Below, piece after piece: positions 24,801 through 35,976 of a stretch of DNA of 64,000 nt. The notes beneath the pieces are model-generated. The model saw only the letters and a list, made by a program, of their open reading frames with translations, did not search any database and was not told where the DNA came from. A program made the translations under genes and the position numbers. Positions within the stretch are counted from its first letter, which is position 1; every line of letters starts with the position of its first letter. The stretch comes from Saccostrea cucullata (Eukaryota), in the NCBI RefSeq assembly GCF_032062105.1, contig NW_026926145.1, positions 62,001 to 126,000 on the forward strand, read 5' to 3'.

Positions 24801-27800
24801 TGTCGTAAACATTTAACTTTAAATGGTTGTCCAAATAATTTACCTTTTTACTTTGTGAGTATTACGTTATGCTTTTTATTTATTAGAGCCAACCTGTTAC
24901 TGAAAAGTTTACACTGAAATCTTGTATAAGGCGAGCCTCCCAAACTATCGACAAAAGATTCTGTTTTGACATCACTGTGGACGGAAGGTCAGTGCTTATG
25001 TTGCTTACTATAGACTACGTGTACTAAAGGAAAAAAATGAGATTACACAAGCAGTCTCTTTTCATTTCAATTTATATGTTAAATCTTGAAATATTGCATG
25101 TAAATCATCAAAGGAAAGTGATTTACTAGAAATAACGAGAAAGAAAAAGAACCTGATTTTTCTTTAAATGTTGTGATTTCAAATTATCAAAAAATTCTTG
25201 TTCAGTACTTCTTAAGTTTCTCCTTCAGGGATAATTGGTGTCATCAACTTTGATATTTTCAATCATGAAGTCTGTTTGTTACCATCATAATTGTGACCTT
25301 TGACCTTGTAGGGCTGACACGCTGACATTCCAGGCCTTGTCGGATGATGACAGGAAGTTATGGATGGATGCCATGGATGGCCGGGAACCAGTTTACACCA
25401 CCCCAAACACTTCATCAGAGGATTGTATGTCTGAATATGTTTTAGTTTATATGATGTAACCTTTATTTTTATGTTCAGATACCAGGTATTAACACATTAT
25501 GTAAAAGTAATTATTTATACATGTGTAGCATATTGATTTATATAGGTAGAAAGGGTATTTTTACCATTTCATTTTTCTAGTTTTATCAATAAATTGCAGA
25601 TTGCTTAAAAGTTACATTTGTCATACCCTTACTAAACAGTCCCTATATAATTTCTTACTTTAAAAAGTCCAATAGTTTGACTGTTTTCCCCAGCTGTCGG
25701 TCCAGGGAACTATTAAAATAGACTGATATAAAAGACTGTTGCCCGCTAACGTCATACGGCGCTAAACTGAGTTATCTTTTCATTCGGTGAAGGAGTATAA
25801 CAAAACAGTTGTTGACAGGAGTCTCGAGAAACAGTTGACCTACGGCCTTGGGCAACAGCTTGCACTCCGGTCCAACAGATCGACTGTTTCCCTCTACCCC
25901 AGTCAACAACTGTATAGTATTACAGACACAAATTACATGTGAATTAATTTCATTCATTTTTTAATTATTAATGATTTAAAAATTGATTTTTAAAGATTTG
26001 CAAATGCAGTAAATTCTTACCTGACTAAACATTTTCAATATTTCCTTTCTTTTTTTTAGCTTCATTAGATGACATAGGATTTTCATTTATCAAAAGATGT
26101 ATAGCAGCTGTGGAATCTAGAGGTAGGAATTGCACTGCAGAGTTGTCAAGATTTGTAAATCACTATCAGACATTTGGTCTGACAAAATCAAAGGTTCTGT
26201 CAGACTGGACAAAGTGTTTTGTACCATATTCAGAAAAATTTGTGGTGAACAGAAAGGAAAGAAAACTTCACTAGAATGCCTTTTATTTTCTTATTAAGCA
26301 TTTAACAGTTGATAAACCAGCTTCATCATGCAGCCATCTTCACTGTTTTTCTCTCTTTTTTTTAAATGTTCGTTTGACCAATGTTATCATGCAAGATGTT
26401 GGCTCAGATAAACGTTCACCAGCCTTGCTGATATGAGTTGGGCTGAATTGTTCTTTGCTGTACTTTGCAGGACTACAGGAGCAAGGCTTATATAGATTGG
26501 TGGGAGTTAACTCCAAAGTTAATAAACTGATGTCCCAAGGCCTAGGTAAGTCAGTCACAAGTCATGATCAGAATTCCTCAGATTATATTATCAGTCATTT
26601 TATATAAAAATTCTCCCATTTCTTACAGATCCAAAGAAAAGAGACAAAATAGATATTTGTGACCCAAACCAGTTTGAAATTAAGACTATAACAAGTGCTG
26701 TTAAAAATTATCTCAGGTAAGGCATGGGTAGATGATGTAAACTTTATAGACTAGGTTATGTGTTAATTGTTTAAATATATGATGCCTATAACAAGGGAAA
26801 TCTGAATTTGGTCAGGAGGTAACTCAAACATTCTTATGACAGTGGAGAAAGTGAATGCTAGCACGGCTTTTTTCATCGAACAGTATAGTTAGATCCATGC
26901 AAAAACTACTGAATTTGCTCATGGATTGGCAAGTGGAAATAACTTCCCTGACAGAGGAAAAATTTTAATGCTGCTTGTATTTTATTTGTATTTGATCCAC
27001 TGCATATTTATTTAAGGTTCTTAGTTTAATGAGTACATGATTCATTCTAATATTTGTCATAAGTTCCTGGTTTTATGAGCAAAGTACAATGTATTTTGAA
27101 TTTTCCTTTTCAGATCACTGCCAGAACCATTAATGACTTTCAAACTACACAAACCATTGATACAAGCTGCAAGTAAGTGACTGGGAAAGGGAGGTAATCC
27201 AGCCCTTTCAAATATATAATATAGCAAAATGTTAAATATATTCTGTATGATTTCAGAATGTCGCGGTTCAGAAGGTAAATTTATAGGCATCTAGCGCTGG
27301 TTTTCTTCCTCTAAATACTATTTAACCTCAACAAGTTAGGGTGTTTTAGCACTAAACAATGAGTCTTTGGTAGAATAATATAGTTTGAGATTACTATTGT
27401 ACTGATAATGGTTTTATAGTTTATGGGATTGGGATAACACTTTTTTTCCTCCAAATATTAATTAGCTCAACTAAGGTGAAAGTTTTAAGCAGGCCTTCCT
27501 GATCAAAGTTGGTCTGTTGATGTGTTCCATTGCTATATTTTTGACTTCTCTAAAATCAACAGGTCATTAGCCAGCAAACTTTTTCGGTGAAGGGGATTTA
27601 ATTTCATTAGTAAACAAATCTTAAAATTTTCTTTCAAAACCTTGTAATGAAATAAATTGAAGCAAGAATTAGTCGTTCAGATAAGCAACAATCCCAATGT
27701 ATTGTAAATTCATGGTTAGTGAAGCCTTAGGGGGCATACATTGCTACAAAGAAAATCAGAATCGTACTTGTTCATAAAACAGAAGAAAAAAATAGAAGGG

Positions 27801-30800
27801 ACAAGGTCACTCAGGTGAGCATTATTGCCAATGGGTCTCTTCATTTGAAATTTTGAGTGGTGTAGGTAAAGTTAATGATTTGACACAGTGAAGAATAAAG
27901 TAAATGCATTGCCTAATTTTTGAGCATCACCTCTGGCTTTTGAGAACTGCTTACTACAATTTGCCCTCTCTTTTACTTTTCAACATGCTTTGATACCAGT
28001 ATCATTTGTACTGACATCAACATTTTATTCCATCCCTACTGCCATCCATCACCCATTCTGTCATATCAATGCATAAAGCTTAGGACTTGGATGGACATGT
28101 GTAAAAACCAAAAATATTTCCCCACTTTGAACATCTTTAAAATCATACTTTTTAAATTTTTTTGGTTTAAAAAAAAAATCGTGCCATTTTGAAATTTGAA
28201 TTGAATATTGAATTGTGAATAAATTTTATTATTTACCAGGTAATAATACAGTATTTAATTAAAATGATATTAGGAATTGTATTCAAGACCTTAAATATAT
28301 TAAGCTATAGCTTTCAAAGAAAATTTGCAACAGGAATTTATGTTATATTTCTTTCAGAGGCATTTGCTATACAAATTGGTGTGACAATAACAATTTGAAG
28401 TAGAATCTTCATCAGTATGTTATGAACAAAGAAAAATTCTTAGTGAACATTTTAAATCAATATTTCTCTATAGAAAAATACAGCAAATACAAAATCTCAG
28501 CAGAATAGCAGTATTTTGGTACAATATGTACAAGGTGAATGGTTTTATTTGTGGTTTAAATTCCTTTAAATGTCCAATTTCTTTTTTTAGAACGAGAATC
28601 CAAAACTCTGCGTATCCATGACATCCACACCTTAATCCACAGACTGCCACAGGCAAACTTTGAAATGCTGGACATCCTGATCGACCATTTAAGGAAGTAT
28701 GTACTATTTTAAAATAAAGAGCAATTTCAGCACACATATTTAGTTCTACAAATTCTACATACAGGTAAATATATGACACTGGCAACATGAAAATAAAAAA
28801 ACTATCCTTACCTAGTCAGAGTCAATGTTGATGCATAATTTTATTTGTTGTGCATTTAACTACTTTATCAACTTGACACTGTATTTTCAGAATAGCCGAG
28901 TTCCAGGATAAGAACTTGATGACTGTAGCTAACCTCGGTGTTTGTTTTGGTCCGACGTTGATGAGGGCGGAGGAGGAATCGGTGGCGGCCATCATGGATA
29001 TCAAGTTCCTGAACATCATTGTGGAGATCCTTATCAACAATTACGAGAGAGTACGTAACGTAAAGGTTTCCTTATCAAAAAAATTATACATTTAACACAG
29101 ATTGATTATTCAGAAATGTTTTAAGTACAGGTACTTACTGTAAAGTTGATTGTAAAACCCATTCCTGACATTGTTGATGTTGTAGATTTTCAAGACGCCA
29201 CCAGAAGATGCGGACCCCAGTGAGATCCGCTGCCCTCTCCCTAGTGCCTCCCAATCAGTGACTGATAAATTCACCCCCGGGGTCAACCACACCTCCCTAG
29301 ACGTATCTAGTCAAAACCAGCAGCCCCTCTACATCAACAAAGCCCCTCCTGTCCCCAATACAAGCACCCCCACCACCTATGTTCAGAAACCCAAGCTTCG
29401 ATCAGTGGACATTTACAATCCTGATACCAAAAGTAATTTGAGAACACTTTTTTTTTTAATAAACAGATGCAGTATTAAAATGCAAACTGTATTTTCTCTA
29501 CAAGTTTGAGTCATCTTAAGAAAAAAAAATTAGATCTGCAAGGGCAACTCCTGTGTAATACTGATAACTACACAGAATATGTAGTAAATCAATTATATAT
29601 AGTTTTTCTTCATGTAAATAAACAGAGGTTACTGATACATTTGATATTTTAGAAAAGAAAAAGTAGATTTCCAATAGAATAACTATCTTTTGGTATTAAA
29701 TGATGTAGCCCTTGGTGTTCCTTAGTCTGATTTATTTATTTCCAGGTTTTGAGACTCACGGGAGCAGCAGCGACAGTTCTGAGTCCCTGAACTCGAGTCT
29801 GTCTAACAGTGCATCCGCAATGTCATCCCCCCTCCCACAGTTCGACAGTCACAAGAAACACCCAGCTCCAGCCATACCGGGAAACACTCAGTACAGTAAT
29901 GTATCGGGACTAGGTGAGGCTGACAAATAAATCATATCACTTGTGTACATTAATTGTCAGAGTTAATATGTGTGTATCTGTTAACTTTGTTGAGAAAGTT
30001 CAAAATGAAAGTCAATATTATAGAAGTCAAAAGGAAATAGTTTGTGAACTTTTTCGTTTCAGCAAATAAGTTTATGAATGACCTATCAGGATCAGATGTT
30101 CCTACGTTGTAAGTATTTATTCCTAACTATGTAGTGTTATGAATGCCCCAAGACCTGCATTAAACACACAGAACTGTTTACCATAAGACACTCTTGACTT
30201 AACTATTCACCCCACCCAAAATAAAACAGCTTTATAATGGTGACACAACCTCTTAAGACTGATAGCTTTACATGATGAAGTGTAGCTGAAGAAGGGATTC
30301 CTTACACAAACCAGAATTTTTAGAGTATTAGGGAGAGGCTCTTATTTCTGACATGTATATTATGTAAATATTGGTGATCACAGAGGGGTTGAGGATAATT
30401 TTTTTTTTCTGTGCTGTAATCCTTTTATTATCTCCCAGTGACCAGTCACTACGCAGATCTCTGTGGATTTCATCCAAAACCAAAATGTTTGAGAGGTATA
30501 TAGCAGAATGAATGGTGAACTTGATAACTGTCTATGATAAAATGTGAATGACGTTAGAATAACAGGATGTCACATGAATGTTTTCTTAATGAGAGGAGTG
30601 TTTGAGTGGAATTCTCTCTAGAGAATGTCTACAAGCTGTTGTTATAACAAAGGAATGGACAGATTTCCCAGCTTCTATTTTTGATTCTGTGAAGTCTTTG
30701 ACAGAAAAAATCCCTTGCATCCTGTGACAAATTACTAACCTCACCTTACTACACTCTTCCTGGTTCACAGCACGTACTGTCTCCCCACTTCCTGGTGTCG

Positions 30801-33318
30801 CAGTCCACTTCCTGAATGGTGTCACTTTTTTTTATAATTTGCTGTTTTCCCTCAAACAGAAATTAACTTTTGTTTTCTTTTCTTGTTTAAAATTTTCTTT
30901 TCTCATGTCTTATTCATTTAATGCAAAATTTAAATATTGATTTAAAATATAAGTTGGGAGTTATGCCACCGATTGCTATTTGTTTTGTGTCTGTCAACAT
31001 TCATTGTCAATCATAAACTTTAGAATATTTTCAGCTTCTGTGGAGAAATTGCTAATTCAATTTCAACCAATTATAATGTAGTATAGAACATTTATGGGCA
31101 AAGGGAGGAACAATCCAATAATAGCACCTTGATCAGAGGCTTGTTGTATTATACTCAGGTGACTATTAGGGACCTCAGGCCTCTTGTTAATTGTTTTTGC
31201 CAGAACAAACAAAGATAAAAAATGATCAATGCAAAAAATCAGTTTATAAACAACATGTTTATACATGTACATACTAGATAAGAATTTGAAATTAATTGCA
31301 CATTTGATGGCTCTTGTGGCATTTTGGGCATGTAGATAATTCCACACTGAAAGTTTTGCAACAGATGCTTATGTGCTTCACCAGTAGTATTAAAGCCCCC
31401 GTTAAGGATCAGTTCATTTTGCATCATGCTATTGCTTGGACATGAAAGAAAATTTTGTTTGTTTTGCGTAGTGGAAGCATCAAGAAACGTGGGTCCAATG
31501 ATTCTTCCTATGCAGCATCAATGTAAGCTAACCCCTGCCACATATAACCAATCAGTACCACTCTTACATGTAGCTAATCAGTGTTATTTATATTAACTAA
31601 TCAGTGTACTTCTTGCATGTAACCTTTGTGTCACTTGTTGGAAATTAGTACATGTATTGTAATGATTCTGTCTTTTCCCACCAATGTACAGTGTAATTTT
31701 TCTTCACATTTGCAAAGTTATTTATATATATTATATGCATATATATGCATGCACCCATTAGATACTAGAATTACAAAGGCGGATCCAGGGCCTGTGTGCC
31801 GGGCACCCCCCCCCCCCTTGAAATTTTTGTATGTAAAACTTATATGTCCATTATCCTAAAATCAAGGAGAAACATCTCTTATTTTTAAGAACTTGTCAGC
31901 TTCCAGGGGACCCCAAAAAGTGACTTGCTTTAGACCATTTGGGGCTTCAGAACAGCTGCCTGACCATCTGCTTTCTAGTGCCCCCCCCCCCATTACAAAA
32001 TTCCTGGATCCGCCACAGTATTACCCTGGGATACAAAGGAATATGAATATAGTCTACCCTTATATACAGTATAGTCTGTATTATGACATATAATCTTCTC
32101 TGATTATATCAGGATTAAATATACATACTCATTTTTTTTCGACAGAGGAAATGATGTTTGAAAAAAGATTATTTAGTGCATTTAACCAATGTTTTCATCA
32201 TTCTGTTGGTACAGTGTATTTAGTCTGTCTTTGTGTATCCGTGATTTTCTTTTATCCCTGTGGTTCTGCATGTTTATTAACAATCAGTTTTTTATTCCTT
32301 ACCAAAAATCTTTCCTAATGGATTTGTGCATGTCCCATTGAATTTTTAAATTTCTTCATATTGTTTCTTTACCACCTCAATTTGTCAATATTTCAGTTCA
32401 CCTACAATCAATGTGTATAAATATATTCAATTCAAAATCTTTGTTTTATTTCAAATTTTATCGATTGTGTATTTTGAAAGTAAACTTGATATGGAAAATA
32501 GTGGGAACAATTCCTCTTTATTAATTTAAGAACTGTTTGTAATTTTCGGCTCTGTGTTGGTTATTTCAGGACTTCCTCGGCTCCCAGTATGACCAGTAGT
32601 CTGTCAGGTAGCTTACCAGGAATGGGAAACTCCAACAATGTCAACAAAACCAAAAAGAGGCAAGTACTTCTCTCTCTAACCCAATCCATTTCTGTGTAAT
32701 GGTGTGGGTTTCCATCAGGCTCTCTGGTTCCCTTCCATCAAAATAGCCCTCTCATGCCAACATCCATACAAAGGACCCAAAATTGTATGTATACAGCAGA
32801 TAGTAATCATATATTTATTTTTCTCTTTAAATGATGCTGATGTTTCTTTTGTTACAGGACAGCTAGAACACTTTACCAGTGCTTGGCTGACAATGAATCA
32901 GAATTGTCTTTTGAGCCAAATGTCATCATTCAGAATGGTATGTTCAAAGATTTACAATACTTACATAATGGTTACTCTTATTACTATGACTGCAAATTAA
33001 ATTAATAAGTAATTCAATAATATATAGGAATCAAATCTCACAAAGACAACATTACTGGGTATTTTTAAAAATGATTTTTCATCGAAAATTGAGAAATATC
33101 TTTTCTCAGAGTCAGAGAGGGGGATTGTCCATGTCTTATGTGCCCACTTTCCTTAATATTTTTTTCAAAACTGAAGATGTGTTTCAAGGTGAAATTACTA
33201 TGAAGGTATACTATGTTTTTTAACAGTGAGAGAATCCAAGGAGCCAGGGTGGTTGGAAGGATCATTAAATGGGAAGCGAGGATTGATCCCGGAGAACTAT
33301 GTAGAGTTTGTAGACTGA
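13131..33318 (+). CDS. ARHGAP26: GRAF-family Rho GTPase-activating protein (BAR-PH-RhoGAP-SH3; ARHGAP26/ARHGAP10/ARHGAP42/OPHN1-like), ~807 aa without and ~859 aa with cassette exons
   Basis: Phase-consistent exons: 13131-13284, 15032-15127, 19304-19365, 19540-19608, 21231-21332, 21421-21531, 21685-21727, 21844-21905, 22038-22106, 24126-24195, 24329-24426, 24887-24987, 25312-25424, 26060-26122, 26471-26545, 26629-26716, 27114-27172, 28591-28696, 28891-29050, 29186-29432, 29746-29913, 30063-30108, [30439-30495, 30771-30818, 31472-31522 candidate cassettes], 32570-32659, 32858-32937, 33227-33318. BAR start [20 protein letters not shown]; [12 protein letters not shown] and IDKRFCFDI; GAP GLYRLVG (Arg finger) and [10 protein letters not shown]; SH3 ARTLYQC...ELSFEP...[19 protein letters not shown]. 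The symbol denotes the nearest vertebrate family member. Confidence 0.95.
15200..17259. mobile_element. hAT-like (CAGG-terminated, 6-bp TSD) non-autonomous element in RhoGAP intron 2
   Basis: TIR CAGGGTTGCAAATAAC; perfect 6-bp TSD CTACAT (15194-15199, 17260-17265). Confidence 0.8.
15775..17041. mobile_element. hAT-like element (TAGCTGCA ends, 8-bp TSD) nested in 15200-17259
   Basis: 25-bp perfect TIR TAGCTGCAATAATGTAGCCCTCTCC; TSD TGAAAAAT (15767-15774, 17042-17049). Confidence 0.85.
17300..19012. mobile_element. Second TAGCTGCA-terminated hAT-like element, hosting a Helentron-type insertion
   Basis: TIR TAGCTGCAGAAC; GAACAATA on both flanks (17291-17298, 19013-19020; one extra base on the left). 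Confidence 0.7.
17681..18882 (+). mobile_element. Non-autonomous Helentron (HINE) with ~154-170-bp satellite-like array
   Basis: 5' TTTTAGCTCACCTGAGC...GTGAGCT palindrome plus (GTCT)n; ~6 tandem units; 3' GCTCAGGTGAGC subTIR, GGCCCATGGGCC hairpin and TCTTGTT end. Confidence 0.85.
19717..21154 (+). mobile_element. Non-autonomous Helentron (HINE) with 147-bp tandem array
   Basis: 5' TTTTAGCTCACCTCAACG and 3' CGTTGAGGTGAGCT subTIRs; CATTTC(C/A)AA anchors at 19980, 20127, 20274, 20421, 20568, 20712. Confidence 0.85.
23067..23805. repeat. ~365-bp tandem duplication containing a ~21-bp GGCCGATGGCC minisatellite, inside a TIR-bounded element
   Basis: ATGTCAAACATATATGTACAAAT... at 23094 and 23459; outer inverted ends CTCAGCTA...CATCAAT / ATTGATG...TAGCTGAG. 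Confidence 0.8.
25640..25920 (+). mobile_element. Crypton-like non-autonomous element with terminal hairpin
   Basis: GTATAACAAAACAGTTGTTGAC...GTCAACAACTGTATAGTA hairpin (25805-25913); same layout as 834-1037. Confidence 0.45.
27460..27843 (+). mobile_element. Decayed HINE copy
   Basis: Degenerate TTAGCTCA 5' end and CTCAGGTGAGC...GCCAATGGGTCTCTT 3' end related to 17681-18882. A minimal copy also lies at ~31120-31188. Confidence 0.6.
31773..32018. mobile_element. Small hAT-like MITE (GGCGGATCCAGG family)
   Basis: GGCGGATCCAGG / CCTGGATCCGCC inverted ends; related ends at 10489 and 11320. Confidence 0.6.
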
Positions 33319-35976
33319 CCCTGCCCCTACAGTGGCCTTATTGTGTGACCACCAAGGTGTCACCCCCGGAGGATAGAGACATCTGTATATACTCATCTAC
33401 ATCATCTTATCATGGAGATTGTCAAGATGTGATTCACTGTGCTGGACATGGTGGGAGTTACAAAGGGGAGTAACAAAGGGTCATGTGACTAAAGGGTCAT
33501 GTGATCAGTCACATGACCAAAGGCCACTGTTTTAAATATTGGCAGAAAATGAATGCAATAGTGAGTGTGATGTATAGTTGTTGGTATTTTGTTTATCATT
33601 TACTTGGATTTCAAACCATATTTTTTACATGTCCATATGATGATGTATTTAAATTATTAGAAATAAGACTTCTTTCATAATGTGTACATTTTGTGGTAAT
33701 TAATCATGTACTTCTGCCATCTTTGTCACAAGAATTGTAATGCAGTTCTCTTTTCTTTAATTTTTTATCTAAGAGGCTAAGATCATTTAAAGATGAAGGT
33801 CAAATTTGCAGCTAGTTTATAGTTTTTTTAAGGATTAAAAAAATTTCTGTCTCACTGGTTAACATTCCTAGTGTTTACAGGTATCTTTACCTTGTAATCT
33901 TTACACTGTGTTTACACTGTATTCTATGTTTACACTTTATGTACTGTTTCACGCTATTGCCTTTACACTATGTCTGAACTGTCAAGCTGTCTGCATGTTT
34001 ACTATTCATTTATTGCTTAAATGCAAAGTTACTTAATAGCTTGTCTAATCATATTATACTTCATATTAGCACCTATTATTTCTGTCACAGTTTATTATGA
34101 AACTAAAAACAGTATTATCATCATATAGTTGAGGGAAATTTCTTAAAGATTCAAAGACATTTTCTAGAACCTTTGTTTTTAAGAGATTTATTACTTCTTT
34201 ACACAGTGTAGGAATCATAAATATATATATACTGCAACATTTAGGATTTTGTATGCATTGAGATTCATGCAGACCTTTCCTCCAAACACATAAACAAGAT
34301 GAAATTGTTTCTTTTTTATTAATTTTCTGTGATTTTTTTTTTTTTTTTTTGCTTTATGCAGCTTTTGGATTTTTTGTTGTATAAGATTTAGTTTCATGGT
34401 TGTTTTTTAAATATTGGTACACTGCTTTCTCACTGTTGGTAGATATATTTGGCAAAGACCAAACTTTAAGAGGTTAAATATTTCACATATAAATTTGACA
34501 CCATTGGGGACATTGTACTTGCAAACTCTTTTTATTATTATTAGCATAATTTTTTAAAGTTTTTGTTATATACCTTATACTAAGTTGCATATGTGTACAT
34601 TGCATTGGAAATGTTTGAAATTCTGTCTCCGACTGTTTAAATGCTCAGAAGCATTTGTAGTGATTAGCTGAAGATGATATAAAATCTATGCATTCGTTGT
34701 TGTACTTTGTGTTTCTAGCTAGGATATGGTTTTAATGCCTTGCTTAAATTAGTCAGATCCAGTAGATATAATTCAATGTTATGTTGCTTCTTGTGTAATT
34801 TTATTTATTTCACTCTAAGATACATTGACACTTGGTAATTCTGTCACTGCTTTTTATGCAGTAGGATAAATTAAGTAAACCAAACCTCTAATACGTACAG
34901 CTTATTAATTTTTTCTTTTTCTGTTTAGTATCAAAATTGAAAATTCTATATTTTTAAAGGAAAAATTTACCTTTATTATGAGGTTATTAACAATGTTTTG
35001 TACACTGTTGTTGATATTATGGAGATTTTGACTTCTGTGTATAGGAATTATTTATTGAATGCTGATACATGTAGTAGACCATATAATCTGTAGCATAATG
35101 TAGTAATATGTCAATATGAAAATCAAACTTGCTATAAAACACATCTCTTTTTTATTAACATCACTAATACATGTATACTTATTGACTAGTTCATGTAAAT
35201 TTTACAGCATTCATTCCTGACCTAACCAATTTATTACAGCTATTTTTGTCATATTTGTAATTTATTTGATACATTTCCTCAGGTTGAGATTTTTTTGTGA
35301 AAGACATTATTTATTGTAGAGAAGTGAACAAATTCCAGGGTCCTTATGTGCAATGTTCTGCTTCACTGTATACCTATATATAGCTTGCCATCCCGTGTCT
35401 GGTGTTTTATGAATTTGTCCTTGACTGTAAACTCTGTGTCATCAGAAATCAAGTCTTATGATGTGAGATGTGACTTAGTGGTGTATGTATTGGACTTTGA
35501 GCATGCCCATACTTTAACATCTACTTAATTTGGAGATACCTGAGAGTCTTGTAGAAATATTGATAGTGATGGAGTTCATTTAAAACATGCAGAGATGGGG
35601 ATGTGTATGGATTTGTGCACTGTGTGACTAACCTTGTGGTCTGTTGACTTGATTTTTGTTATGTGACTGTGTATTGTTACTGTTATATTTTGTCTGTACT
35701 GTGGGACATCACCATGTGATGAGATTTCACAGAGTAGGAACAAATATTCTACCAAGAATAAATTTGTACAAAGCATTCCTCTTGTTTTTTGCTTGTGAGC
35801 TCTAATGCTGTGATTTGAATTTTTGTACATTTCATTCATACATAGTCAAAACTAAAAAAAAAAAATTGTGACTGAACTGGCTGTCCTACATGTATATGGC
35901 TTTGGCAGTTCATCCACATTTAGAGTGTATATTGTCAGAATGATTTAATAAGATATTCCATTGATGAATCCTTTTT

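Noticed and set aside
29914-29930. SH3-less isoform from read-through of exon 29746-29913 to the stop at 29930
   Set aside because: A good GTGAGG donor and an in-phase downstream exon exist; nothing in the sequence supports retention.
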